From: Omnitrophica WOR_2 bacterium GWF2_43_52
GTDB lineage: Bacteria; Omnitrophota; Gorgyraeia; Gygaellales; UBA12090
DNA length: 64,000 bases
Assembly: GCA_001805445.1 (NCBI GenBank)
Contig: MHGF01000023.1
Coordinates: 18,859 to 82,858, forward strand
Direction of reading: 5' to 3'
The position numbers and the translations under genes are program-made. The notes beneath the pieces are model-generated. The model was not told where the DNA came from. It worked only from the letters and a program-made list of their open reading frames with translations, and ran no database searches. Each line of letters opens with the position of its first letter. Position 1 is the stretch's first letter. Of this stretch, positions 1-9,017 are shown one piece after another.

Positions 1-1
1 T

Positions 2-148
2 ATCCCGCGCGATTTTAAAAATGTGAGGGGATTCACTTTTCTCGATTGGCCTCCTCAGTTCGGCACCGACGCAGAGATAGCGGCCTGGAAGAAATATGTC
101 TCGGATAATCCGTATTACATTAAATATCCCGTGATTGATACCGATTGA
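2..148 (+). CDS. 3' end of a hypothetical protein truncated by the window edge
   Basis: Open frame from base 2 (IPRDFKNVRGFTFLDWPPQFGTD...YPVIDTD) to TGA 146-148, followed by a hairpin. Confidence 0.6.
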   Translation: MPRDFKNVRGFTFLDWPPQFGTDAEIAAWKKYVSDNPYYIKYPVIDTD

Positions 149-184
149 TGTTATGAAGATAAGCAGCTTATTTTCAACAAAAAA

Positions 185-213
185 GCCCTTTTCCCGTCAC
201 TAGGAAAAAGGGC
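185..213 (+). terminator. Hairpin after the truncated CDS, possible terminator
   Basis: gcccttttcc...ggaaaaagggc inverted repeat; A-run on the left, so the U-tail reads on the minus strand. Confidence 0.4.
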
Positions 214-233
214 ATAAAGAGAATGTTATATTC

Positions 234-262
234 TTGAAAAAGGGCTTTTTTTGAGGTATACT
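234..262 (+). promoter_or_regulatory. Sigma70-type promoter
   Basis: TTGAAA-17 nt-TATACT. Confidence 0.6.
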
Positions 263-532
263 TTAATTAGGAGGACAGTAAAGAGGCACAGAGCGAAACA
301 AGAAGAGGTTTTATGCTGGTAAAGGTTGGTTTTTGGTGAAAGCCAAGGACTCAAGCAAAGCCTCAGGCCTAAAGCTGAGTTAAGGAAAAGCCGTAGCGTT
401 AAGGATTTCCTCAAAAAGAAGAAAGTCCTTAAGGTTAATGAGGCATCTGATAGACAAGCCAAGGCTCGTGAGCTTTAAAAACGAAGAAGGTGATGGCAAA
501 GCGCGCCTTTATCGGCAGTAATGAGAAAAGAG

Positions 533-569
533 AAGAGCATCCGAGATTATTCGGGTGCTCTTTTGCTTT
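533..569 (+). terminator. Intrinsic terminator
   Basis: Stem aagagcatccga/tcgggtgctctt followed by a T-rich tail. Confidence 0.7.
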
Positions 570-613
570 AGGTTACCGTTTTACCTATCAGACTGTGTTG
601 TAATAGCAAAATG

Positions 614-755
614 TGTGTCATTGCGAATCTCGCCTGCCGGCAGGCAGGCGGAGAAGCCAGCGGCCTTGCCCACGGCTTCGCCGTGAGGCGAGCCGCTAGG
701 CAGGCAATCTTAATCCTAAGATTACTTCGTCGCTGTCGCTCCCCGTAATGACACA
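614..755. repeat. Palindromic repeat family D (gtcattgcga...gcaatc...cttcgtcgct...aatgac) with internal nested palindromes
   Basis: Termini tgtgtcattgcg/cgtaatgacaca; core related to the copies at 17750 and 44171; extra cctgccggcagg palindrome inside. Confidence 0.75.
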
Positions 756-830
756 ATGAGGCATTACTACCCTGCCCGCAAAGGTAAATAATAACATTGT
801 GACACAGCCTGTATGCTATACTATAATGGT

Positions 831-1994
831 ATGAAAAAGAGGATTGTGAGAAGAGCTGGCTTTTTCGCGATTATTTTTGCCTTAATGGTTTTGATTGGTT
901 TTTTGGCCATGAAACCGTTCCTTATGTCTTTGGCTAAAGCAAAAATACGGGAGGTTTTTAGCGAAAGCTCTGTTGTTATCGGAGATTGCGAAGTTAGCTT
1001 TTCGCGGGGAGTAACGTTTTCCAGGATAGAAATTAAAAGAGGCCCGATATATGACGTTACTTTAAAAAGGCTCAACATTGAATATGCCATCTCAGAAATC
1101 CTGAAAGGCAAAATAGCAAGAGTTTCCCTGGAAGGCTTAGAAGCCTCACTTGATATGGGCAATAAGAACATCCAGGAATTTACGCGTTATTGTACCTTCC
1201 CGCAAGGCCAGCCATTTTTTATCATAGGGACAGTTGAAGTATCGGGCCTCAAGCTTAACCTAAAGAGTGCCAATGTAACCCTTGATGCAACTCTTTCTTT
1301 AGGAGTAAATGCCGAGCAGCCAGCCTTACGCTATCTTGATATAACGCTGGGACAATGTAAATCCGGAAATATTCGCCTAGAAGGTCTCAGGTTAAAGGTT
1401 GCAAGAGGCCAAACGTCAGGGCAGTTTTATGTGCGAGAGGCTATGTACGAGAAAATCAAAGTAACTACTATAACATCAAACATTGCCCTAACGGATACAA
1501 GATTGGTATTAGAGTCTTTGTCAGCGCAGATTTTAAACGGCACCATGCGGGCACAGGTAGTTCTGGAGTTAGATAAGGCGATGGCATATCGTATTGCTTT
1601 AGAGGTGCTGGATGTGGATTTGCAAAATTTGGCCAGAGACCTGAAGTTAACCGAAAAGTTCCTAATGACCGGAAAATTGAGCGGGCGCCTTAGGCTTGAA
1701 GGTGAAGGTTTAGCGATGAGTATTGTAGATGGTAAATTTCTAGTAGCGCAGCCGGGAGGCACGCTGATAATCAAGGATAAAAAAGTTATTGAGAATATCG
1801 CGCAAAGTTCCAAACTGCCCTATGAGATAGTAGTAGAAGGTTTTAAGAATTACCGCTATAATAACGGACAGCTATCATTAGCGTTACAAGGAAATGATAT
1901 AGTAGTATCCGCTCTTTTTGAAGGAGAGGCAGGCAAACGCCGATTTGATATCAGGTGGCATAATTTTCAACAGGAAAAGGAGAACAATCAATGA
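831..1994 (+). CDS. YdbH-like (AsmA superfamily) intermembrane lipid-transport protein
   Basis: N-terminal TM anchor, beta-rich repetitive body, C-terminal 'GFKNYRYNNGQLSL...FEGE' YdbH-like segment; directly upstream of ynbE/ydbL homolog. Confidence 0.7.
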   Translation: MKKRIVRRAGFFAIIFALMVLIGFLAMKPFLMSLAKAKIREVFSESSVVIGDCEVSFSRGVTFSRIEIKRGPIYDVTLKRLNIEYAISEILKGKIARVSLEGLEASLDMGNKNIQEFTRYCTFPQGQPFFIIGTVEVSGLKLNLKSANVTLDATLSLGVNAEQPALRYLDITLGQCKSGNIRLEGLRLKVARGQTSGQFYVREAMYEKIKVTTITSNIALTDTRLVLESLSAQILNGTMRAQVVLELDKAMAYRIALEVLDVDLQNLARDLKLTEKFLMTGKLSGRLRLEGEGLAMSIVDGKFLVAQPGGTLIIKDKKVIENIAQSSKLPYEIVVEGFKNYRYNNGQLSLALQGNDIVVSALFEGEAGKRRFDIRWHNFQQEKENNQ

Positions 1995-2575
1995 GAATAA
2001 TTTTCTTCATAGGAATAGTGTTAATGGCAAACGTAGGATGCGCAAGGATAAAGGTTGAGGCGCCTAAAGAGCCGATTAAGATGGATATATCGATGCGTCT
2101 GGATATTTATCAGCACGTAGCCAAGGATATCGATGATATTGAAAATATGATTTCAGGGCCACAAAAGCAGGCAAAGCCTAACAATAGCCAAAGCAGAATC
2201 AGTGATTATTTTATTACCAATGCCTATGCCCAGGAATCCTTAAGCCCTGAGGTTGAGGCGGCGGTATCACGAAGAAAACAAAGGCGCTCTGACTTAATAA
2301 GTTGGGAGCAAAAAGGGGTAATTGGCGAGAATAGTATAGGGTTGGTTGCGGTAAGAGTTTCCGATAGTGTGGATGCCGCGTTAAAAGAGCTGGTGAGCGC
2401 TGAAAATAGCGACCGTATGGTTATTTATCAGTCAGTTGCACAGAAAAACAACGCGTCTATCGCAGAAGTTCAAAAGCCATACGCCAAACGCCTTCAGGAT
2501 GACGCGCCTGTTGGCACGCCTATTGAGGCATTGAATCAGGCAAACGGCTCCTACGAGTGGACAGTAAAGAAATAA
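1991..2575 (+). CDS. YnbE-like lipoprotein fused to YdbL (DUF1318) domain
   Basis: Lipobox NVGC then 'ARIKVEAPKEPIKMDISMRLD' (YnbE-like); C-terminal 'GVIGENSIG...ENSDRMVIYQSVA...W' (YdbL-like). Confidence 0.75.
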   Translation: MRIIFFIGIVLMANVGCARIKVEAPKEPIKMDISMRLDIYQHVAKDIDDIENMISGPQKQAKPNNSQSRISDYFITNAYAQESLSPEVEAAVSRRKQRRSDLISWEQKGVIGENSIGLVAVRVSDSVDAALKELVSAENSDRMVIYQSVAQKNNASIAEVQKPYAKRLQDDAPVGTPIEALNQANGSYEWTVKK

Positions 2576-2587
2576 CCAAACCGTTTG

Positions 2588-2637
2588 TCAAGGCGCAGCC
2601 TTGGAAAGTTATTATACATTTTAAGGCTGCGCCTTGA
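2588..2637. repeat. Intergenic inverted repeat / hairpin
   Basis: tcaaggcgcagcctt...aaggctgcgccttga perfect 15-bp arms. Confidence 0.6.
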
Positions 2638-2674
2638 TTTTCGTAGTGCATCCGTCTTTTGTCAAGGCCCTCTC

Positions 2675-3211
2675 ATGAGTTTTTTGGAATTAGTCAAGGC
2701 AAGAAGAAGCGTTCGAAAGTATGCTCGGAAGCCAATACCCCGGGAAGTTATAGACAAGTGCCTGGAAGCGGCGCGACTGGCGCCTTCAGCCTGCAATAGC
2801 CAGCCGTGGTATTTTATTGTGGTTGATGATGAGAAGCTTAAAAGCGAACTTACGGACAAGGCATTTGCCGGAATATATTCCATAAACTCCTTTGCTAAGA
2901 AGGCTCCGGTGATTGTGGCGGTGGTTACTGAACGCTCCAAATATATCGCCTGTGTAGGAGGGTATATTCGCGGCGTTGGGTATAGCCTTATTGACATTGG
3001 GATAGCCTGCGAGCATTTTATTCTGCAGGCGCAGGAAGAGGGTTTGGGAACATGCTGGTTAGGATGGTTTGATGAAAAGCAGGTAAAGAGAATATTAGGT
3101 ATTCCCAAAGATAAAAAGGTTGATGTGATGATAAGTGCTGGGTATCCGGAAGGGCCGCCTGCGCGTGAAAAAACGCGAAAATCTTTGAATGAAATCCGTA
3201 GGTTTTGTTAA
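2675..3211 (+). CDS. Nitroreductase family protein
   Basis: RRSVRKY, APSACNSQPWYF, GLGTCWLG motifs; start moved to ATG 2675. Confidence 0.9.
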   Translation: MSFLELVKARRSVRKYARKPIPREVIDKCLEAARLAPSACNSQPWYFIVVDDEKLKSELTDKAFAGIYSINSFAKKAPVIVAVVTERSKYIACVGGYIRGVGYSLIDIGIACEHFILQAQEEGLGTCWLGWFDEKQVKRILGIPKDKKVDVMISAGYPEGPPAREKTRKSLNEIRRFC

Positions 3212-3245
3212 ACCACTTGAACTTAGTGGGTTAAACCTCTTCTTT

Positions 3246-3638
3246 TTACGGGCCGATGATATTCCGGGCTAAAATAGACAAAATCACCGTTTCCAGTTTT
3301 TCAAAGTCACAGAGCTTATTAATATAATCGCAGGCCCCTGATTTTTTTGCCTCTTTTCTCAAATCCACGTCTTCCATAGCGCTTAACATCACCACTTTTA
3401 TTGAACTGTCCATCTCTTTAATCTTCTTTAAAGTTGTCAAGCCGTTTGTTCCCGGCATACGTTCATCAAGAAGCACCAGTACCGGTTTCTCTTGTTTTAT
3501 CTCTGATAATGCCTGATGGGCATTGGCGGCGCACCTTACGTTAAAACCCTTCATCCCCAGGAGGGCAGCCAATGTTTCTCTTGTCTCCTCGGTATCATCA
3601 ACCACTAAAATACTACCCTTGTCCTTATAGTTGCTCAT
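3246..3638 (-). CDS. Single-domain response regulator (receiver)
   Basis: ILVVDD, LVLLDERMPGTNG, VVMLSA, DYINK; start moved to ATG 3638. Confidence 0.9.
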   Translation of the reverse strand: MSNYKDKGSILVVDDTEETRETLAALLGMKGFNVRCAANAHQALSEIKQEKPVLVLLDERMPGTNGLTTLKKIKEMDSSIKVVMLSAMEDVDLRKEAKKSGACDYINKLCDFEKLETVILSILARNIIGP

Positions 3639-3684
3639 TTGTTCTGCCCTTTCTTTATCCCCATATAAAGTATACACAAATTAT

Positions 3685-3713
3685 TTGACATTGCCAAGTA
3701 TAAGATTTATAAT
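3685..3713 (+). promoter_or_regulatory. Consensus sigma70 promoter for amt-HK
   Basis: TTGACA-17 nt-TATAAT. Confidence 0.75.
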
Positions 3714-3829
3714 TAGTTACTACAGTTCCGACGAAGCCGGGATCCCTGCAGGGCCGGGAAAAAAGTGGCAGCTCGCGGGGGATTTTAAAGAGTAACAGAG
3801 GCCCCGCTTATCAGGCGGGGTTTGGAATT

Positions 3830-3868
3830 AGTTATTGCTGAAAAACCCCTGTTTTTTCAGCGGTAACT
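3830..3868. repeat. Minimal (termini-only) copy of MITE family B
   Basis: agttattgctgaaaaa...ttttcagcggtaact matches the ends of the 145-bp copies at 43038 and 53196; flanked by aatt on both sides. Confidence 0.6.
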
Positions 3869-3880
3869 AATTAAAAACTA

Positions 3881-6025
3881 ATGGTTGAGCAGAAACTTAT
3901 TGACACTCTTTGGATTCTCATTTGTTCTGTGCTGGTTTTTATCATGCAGCCCGGCTTTTCCTGCCTTGAGTCAGGCCTTACCCGCGCCAAGAACACCATT
4001 AATGTTGCCATAAAGAATCTCACCGACTTTGGGATATCCTCAATCTTGTTCTGGGCCTTAGGTTTCGGCTTGATGTTTGGCGAAAGCCGCGGCGGGCTTA
4101 TCGGCACAAGTCATTTCTTCTTATCTCTTGACAGGCACAGCTGGTTTATCGCCTTTTTTCTTTTTGAATTGGTATTCTGCGGGACAGCTACTACAATTAT
4201 TTCGGGCGCGGTCGCGGAACGGATGCGCTTCCGGGCTTACCTTGTAATTGCCGCGATAGTTTCCTGTTTAATCTATCCGGTCTTTGGCCATTGGGTATGG
4301 AACGGCCTTGAAAGTAACGCCTACAGCGGCTGGTTGGGAAAATTAGGGTTCCGGGATTTTGCCGGCTCAACGGTAGTGCATAGCCTTGCCGGATGGGTTT
4401 CCTTATCAGCATTGGTTCTTATCGGCCCTCGCGAAGGCAGGTTTACCAAAAACGCGCCGCCGCGAAAAATCTCCGGCCACGATATCCCGATCTCGGTTTT
4501 GGGGGTATTTTTGCTTTGGTTGGGATGGTTAGGTTTCAACGGCGGAAGCACCTTAGCGATGAACGATGCGGTTTCCCGTATTATCACCAATACCATCCTG
4601 GCAGGGGCCAGTGGAATGGTTACCACCCTGGCTATCGGCTGGAGCATAAAGAGGCTGCCTCATATAGAATTTGTAATAAACGGCTCGCTTGCCGGCTGTG
4701 TAGCTATTACTGCCTCCTGCTATTTTGTAGGCGCGGCCGCGAGTGTGGTAATCGGGGCCATTGGCGGCATAGCTATGCTTATTACTGAGGAGCTGTTAGA
4801 GCGCCTTCGTATTGATGACGCGGTAGGGGCCATACCCGTGCATTTAGGCGCGGGGGTTTGGGGGACCTTGGCAGTAGCGGTGTTTGGCAATCCCGCCCTT
4901 ATCAATACCGGCCTTAGCCCGCTCCAACAATTATCCGCGCAAGGCTTAGGCATAGCGGTATGCGGGCTTTGGGCATTCGGGATAAGTTTCGTCGCGTTTT
5001 ATATCCTTAATCGTTTCGTTCGCCTTAGAGTTAGCCCGGAAGAAGAATATTCCGGGCTCAATATCTCTGAACACGGCTCAAGCACAGAACTTCTGGATTT
5101 TTTCAGGGTAATGGAAAGGCAGATTGAGACAGGCGATTTAAGCTTACGAGCGCCTGTTGAGCCATTTACTGAGGTTGGCCAGATTGCCCAGCGTTACAAC
5201 AGCCTCATAGAGGCATTGGAGAATGCCTCCCGGGAATTAAAAGACGCGTACTTGAAGCTGCGCCAGAGCCAAAGCCAGCTTATTCAATCCGCGAAGATGG
5301 CCGCGGTAGGACAGCTCTCAAGCGGCATCGCGCATGAAATAAACAATCCCTTAGCCGGGGCATTGAATACCCTGCAACTACTTAAAATGCAAGTAGAGCA
5401 GGCAAAAGATTTAAAGACTACTGACGTAAAAAAGCTGTTAAACACCGCTGAAGAATCCCTCTCGCGATGCAGGAAGATAACCACCTCTTTATTAAGTTTT
5501 TCCCGGGCATCAAAAGAATTGTTTCAACCCGTTTCTGTGAATGACGCGGTACAGAAAATTTTAGATATCATAGAATATGAGATACGGTTAGACAATATCG
5601 CTATCCAACCCCGGCTTCAGCCGGATTTGCCGTTGGTTATGGGGGATTCCCAGTTTCTTCAGCAGGTAATCTTTGACCTTGTTTCTAATGCCAGATGGGC
5701 GTTCTTGCATAGAACGCCGTCAGAAAATCAGGTAAGGGTAATCACGATAACCAGCAGTTACGATAGGCAAAACCAAAATGTTATTCTCACTGTTTCGGAC
5801 ACAGGCCCGGGCATTCCTGAAGAAAACCTCGCGAAAATATTTGAGCCATTTTTTACTACTAAGCCTGAGGGCGAGGGAACGGGCTTAGGGCTGTCCATTG
5901 TTGCCCATATTATTGAAGAGCATCAAGGAACAATTGAAGTACAAAGCCGGCTCAACCAAGGAACAACCTTTACGATATCCCTGCCTATAATTCCTTCGGG
6001 AAAACCAGGCGCTGTTTCTCCGTAA
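3881..6025 (+). CDS. amt: Ammonium transporter (Amt) fused to a histidine kinase
   Basis: Amt motifs MQPGF..LESG, DFAGSTVVH, GWLGFNGGS, IDDAVGAIPVH; HAMP-like linker; H-box IAHEINNPL; DTGPGI, FEPFFTTK, GTGLGL. Confidence 0.92.
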   Translation: MVEQKLIDTLWILICSVLVFIMQPGFSCLESGLTRAKNTINVAIKNLTDFGISSILFWALGFGLMFGESRGGLIGTSHFFLSLDRHSWFIAFFLFELVFCGTATTIISGAVAERMRFRAYLVIAAIVSCLIYPVFGHWVWNGLESNAYSGWLGKLGFRDFAGSTVVHSLAGWVSLSALVLIGPREGRFTKNAPPRKISGHDIPISVLGVFLLWLGWLGFNGGSTLAMNDAVSRIITNTILAGASGMVTTLAIGWSIKRLPHIEFVINGSLAGCVAITASCYFVGAAASVVIGAIGGIAMLITEELLERLRIDDAVGAIPVHLGAGVWGTLAVAVFGNPALINTGLSPLQQLSAQGLGIAVCGLWAFGISFVAFYILNRFVRLRVSPEEEYSGLNISEHGSSTELLDFFRVMERQIETGDLSLRAPVEPFTEVGQIAQRYNSLIEALENASRELKDAYLKLRQSQSQLIQSAKMAAVGQLSSGIAHEINNPLAGALNTLQLLKMQVEQAKDLKTTDVKKLLNTAEESLSRCRKITTSLLSFSRASKELFQPVSVNDAVQKILDIIEYEIRLDNIAIQPRLQPDLPLVMGDSQFLQQVIFDLVSNARWAFLHRTPSENQVRVITITSSYDRQNQNVILTVSDTGPGIPEENLAKIFEPFFTTKPEGEGTGLGLSIVAHIIEEHQGTIEVQSRLNQGTTFTISLPIIPSGKPGAVSP

Positions 6026-6191
6026 TTACAATTATACGAGTGCACTATAAAGTTAGTTTTTATACGTTATAGACAATGCATTAAGTGGGGGTGCCCCGCC
6101 TGATAGGCTAAGCAGGCGGGTTTATTGTCAGTTATCAATTGCAAAGTTTTCTTTGTCTGTTATAATAGTAAAAAAATAAGAGGAGGAAGGT

Positions 6192-7214
6192 ATGATGTCA
6201 TTAGCGGGGTTACAATTCAGGATGTGGCTTTTGATTGCTGTATTATTCAGCATAATTTATGGGGTGGTGGTAACTGTAGGGTATTCTTTAGGGATAGTCA
6301 ATTCTTGGGTATACCTTTTTCTTTCGCTTGCGATGCTTTTTATCCAATATATGATTGGCCCAAAGATTATTGAATGGAGTATGCGCGTTAAATATGTTAC
6401 TAAGTCAGAACAGCCTCAGCTTTATGCTATGGTAAGTGAGTTAGCTGCCGCGTCAAAAATACCCATGCCGAAAGTCGGGATTGCGGATGCCGCGATTCCT
6501 AATGCCTTTGCCTTTGGCCGTTGGAAGGCTGACGGCAGGGTGTGCGTGACCAGGGGCATTATGAATTTACTCAGTGAGGATGAATTGCGAGCGGTCCTGG
6601 CCCATGAGGTATCGCACCTTAAGAATAAAGATGTGCTTACCATTACGCTTCTTTCGGTAATACCGCTTATTCTTTACCGGATTGCCATAAGCACGCTTTA
6701 TTATGGAGGAGGCCGCAGGCGCGAAGAAGGCAATAACGCGGCATTGATTGGGATGGCGGCAATGCTCTTTTATTTTATCACTAACCTTTTAGTGCTTTAT
6801 GCCTCAAGGATTAGGGAGTATTTTGCCGATAGGGGGGCGGTTTCTTTAGGGTGCGCGCCCAAGAATTTGGCGTCTGCTTTGTATAAATTAGTTTACGGCT
6901 CAGCACGGCTGGACAACGCGAGTTTAAAGGAAGTTGAAGGGCTTAAGGCATTTTTTGCCAATGACCCATCGCGGGCCTTAAATGAAATTAAGGAATTACG
7001 CCAGCTGGATTTGGATAAGTCAGGGACTCTTGACGCAAGCGAGTTAGCCGCCTTAAGCAGTAAAAAATTGAATATTGGTTTCGCTGAAAGGCTTTTAGAA
7101 ATAATGAGCACGCATCCGAACATGTTGAAGCGAATTAAGCAATTATCCTCTTATAGCGCATACAAAGAAGATAAGAAACAAGCCCGCGGCTATGAAAGAA
7201 TCAATCGTTCTTAA
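6192..7214 (+). CDS. htpX: Membrane zinc metalloprotease HtpX (M48)
   Basis: PNAFAFG, HEVSH zinc motif, SRIREYFAD, STHP; AGGAGG RBS. Confidence 0.9.
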   Translation: MMSLAGLQFRMWLLIAVLFSIIYGVVVTVGYSLGIVNSWVYLFLSLAMLFIQYMIGPKIIEWSMRVKYVTKSEQPQLYAMVSELAAASKIPMPKVGIADAAIPNAFAFGRWKADGRVCVTRGIMNLLSEDELRAVLAHEVSHLKNKDVLTITLLSVIPLILYRIAISTLYYGGGRRREEGNNAALIGMAAMLFYFITNLLVLYASRIREYFADRGAVSLGCAPKNLASALYKLVYGSARLDNASLKEVEGLKAFFANDPSRALNEIKELRQLDLDKSGTLDASELAALSSKKLNIGFAERLLEIMSTHPNMLKRIKQLSSYSAYKEDKKQARGYERINRS

Positions 7215-7280
7215 TCGGTGATGGCGAAAGAGTAGTTTTAAAACGGATTAAGCAGTTAGCTACGTATAAATAGAGTGTTT

Positions 7281-7354
7281 GGGTGAGCGGGTTAGCCGGT
7301 GAGCGGGTTTACAAGTCAACCCGTACACCCGTTAACCCGCAAACTCGTTAACCG
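7281..7354. repeat. Inverted array of degenerate 8-mer tandem repeats
   Basis: gggtgagc/gggttagc/cggtgagc/gggtttac facing aacccgta/cacccgtt/aacccgca/aactcgtt. Confidence 0.7.
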
Positions 7355-7368
7355 ACATTGGATTTTTT

Positions 7369-8559
7369 ATGACGCTTCCAGATAAAACAGGCCATTTTGA
7401 CGGTTTTGGGGGTAAGTTCGTCCCCGAAGTGCTGATGTCCGCGCTTTCTGAGCTTGAGAAAGAATACCAGAAAGCGAAGAAGGATAAGGCATTTAGGAAA
7501 GAACTGGAGTATTACCTTTCCTGTTATTGTGGAAGGCCTACCTCGCTTTACCCTGCCCGTAATCTCACCAAGGCATTAGGAGAAAAGCTCAAAATTTATC
7601 TTAAGCGAGAAGACCTTTTGCATACCGGGGCGCACAAGATTAATAACACCATAGGCCAGGCTTTGCTTGCGATACGGATGAAGAAGCCCCGGGTGATTGC
7701 TGAGACAGGCGCGGGCCAGCATGGTGTGGCAACCGCAACTGTGGCAGCGCTTTTTGGCTTAGAGTGCGATATTTTTATGGGCGAGGAAGATATCGTGCGC
7801 CAGGAATTGAATGTCTTTCGGATGAAACTTCTGGGCGCGAGAGTTATTCCTGTTGCCTCGGGAAGCAGAACGTTAAAAGACGCGATGAATGAGGCAATAC
7901 GCGATTGGGCGACCAATGTGCGTAATACGCATTACATTATAGGCTCAGTGGCCGGGCCGCATCCGTATCCTGTGATGGTGCGGGATTTTCAATCCATAAT
8001 CGGTAAAGAGGCAAAACAACAGATTCTGGGAATGGAAGGGCGTCTGCCGGATTATCTGGTTGCCTGTGTGGGCGGCGGCAGCAACGCCATGGGGTTGTTT
8101 CATTCCTTCTTTAAAGATAGGCAAGTGCAATTTATCGGAGTGGAGGCAGCGGGCTTGGGATTGCATACTTCGCATTATGCGGCGACTTTAACCAAAGGAA
8201 GAGTGGGAGTGCTGCATGGCTCAAAAAGCAAGGTGCTTCAGGATAAAGACGGACAGATTGCCATAGCCCATTCTATTGCCGCGGGGCTTGATTATCCGGG
8301 TGTTGGCCCGGAACACAGTTATTATCAGAAAATAAAGCGCTCGCGCTACGTAAGCGTTACGGATACTCAGGCCTTGGAAGGCTTGAAGCTGCTTTCTGAA
8401 ACAGAAGGCATTATCCCCGCGCTTGAAACAGCGCACGCGGTATATTATCTTAAAGAATTAGCCAAGAAGATAAAATCAAAGAAGGTTGCCATACTTTGCC
8501 TCTCTGGCAGAGGGGATAAGGATATCGGCATAATCAGACAGCATATTAAATTTGGATAA
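7369..8559 (+). CDS. trpB: Tryptophan synthase beta chain
   Basis: [43 protein letters not shown]. Confidence 0.98.
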   Translation: MTLPDKTGHFDGFGGKFVPEVLMSALSELEKEYQKAKKDKAFRKELEYYLSCYCGRPTSLYPARNLTKALGEKLKIYLKREDLLHTGAHKINNTIGQALLAIRMKKPRVIAETGAGQHGVATATVAALFGLECDIFMGEEDIVRQELNVFRMKLLGARVIPVASGSRTLKDAMNEAIRDWATNVRNTHYIIGSVAGPHPYPVMVRDFQSIIGKEAKQQILGMEGRLPDYLVACVGGGSNAMGLFHSFFKDRQVQFIGVEAAGLGLHTSHYAATLTKGRVGVLHGSKSKVLQDKDGQIAIAHSIAAGLDYPGVGPEHSYYQKIKRSRYVSVTDTQALEGLKLLSETEGIIPALETAHAVYYLKELAKKIKSKKVAILCLSGRGDKDIGIIRQHIKFG

Positions 8560-8577
8560 AAAACTTCGTTGTTACAT

Positions 8578-8800
8578 TCTATCCACGAGTAGTTTTTTAA
8601 TTTAGGTAACAAAAGACGGCGGAGGTTCTGTCAAGGTAATGTTTTCGCGGGGACGTTCGTCCGCCATAGGCGGACTCACTCGGCGTAAATTTTTGCGCTC
8701 CTCGCTGTCGCTCGGAGACCAAGCCGCAAAAATTTCCGTACGTGCTGCTCAAACATAACCTTGCCACCCCCGCTGGCAAGTGAAGTGTTGCGGATAGCAA
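8578..8800. repeat. Long multi-layer palindromic element between trpB and trpA
   Basis: Nested arms ctatcc/ggatag, caaggtaatgttt/aaacataaccttg, aaatttttgcg/cgcaaaaattt, internal gtccgccataggcggac. Confidence 0.65.
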
Positions 8801-8824
8801 GAATTTATGTCACGGAGCACTATC

Positions 8825-8990
8825 GCGCTGTAAACTTAATTAGTATTAATAGTTCGCAAGTTTGTTAGCTTAAGCGAATGCGCGTGTCAGCTGTTTAGCT
8901 GTTTGGCTCAGTAGCTGTTTAGTTAAATTGTTAATCAGCAAAAGAGCAAATGAGCTAAGCAGCTACTGTTAAAATATACTTTTACAGCGC
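8825..8990. mobile_element. MITE-like family A, uninterrupted copy
   Basis: TIR gcgctgtaaa/tttacagcgc; colinear with 53092-53414 and, reversed, with ~42920-43195. Confidence 0.75.
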
Positions 8991-9017
8991 AATGGTAATC
9001 TTCTTAAGGTAGTAATA

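Noticed and set aside
568-756. 62-aa ORF, likewise 17753-17944 and 8597-8800
   Set aside because: Translations of palindromic repeat elements
3724-3760. SAM-I riboswitch or SRP RNA resemblance (ccgacgaagccgg; cagggccggg...gcagc)
   Set aside because: Lacks the AUCnAGAG, GCAACC and GGUGC SAM-I elements and the SRP CAGG..GGAAG.AGCAG core
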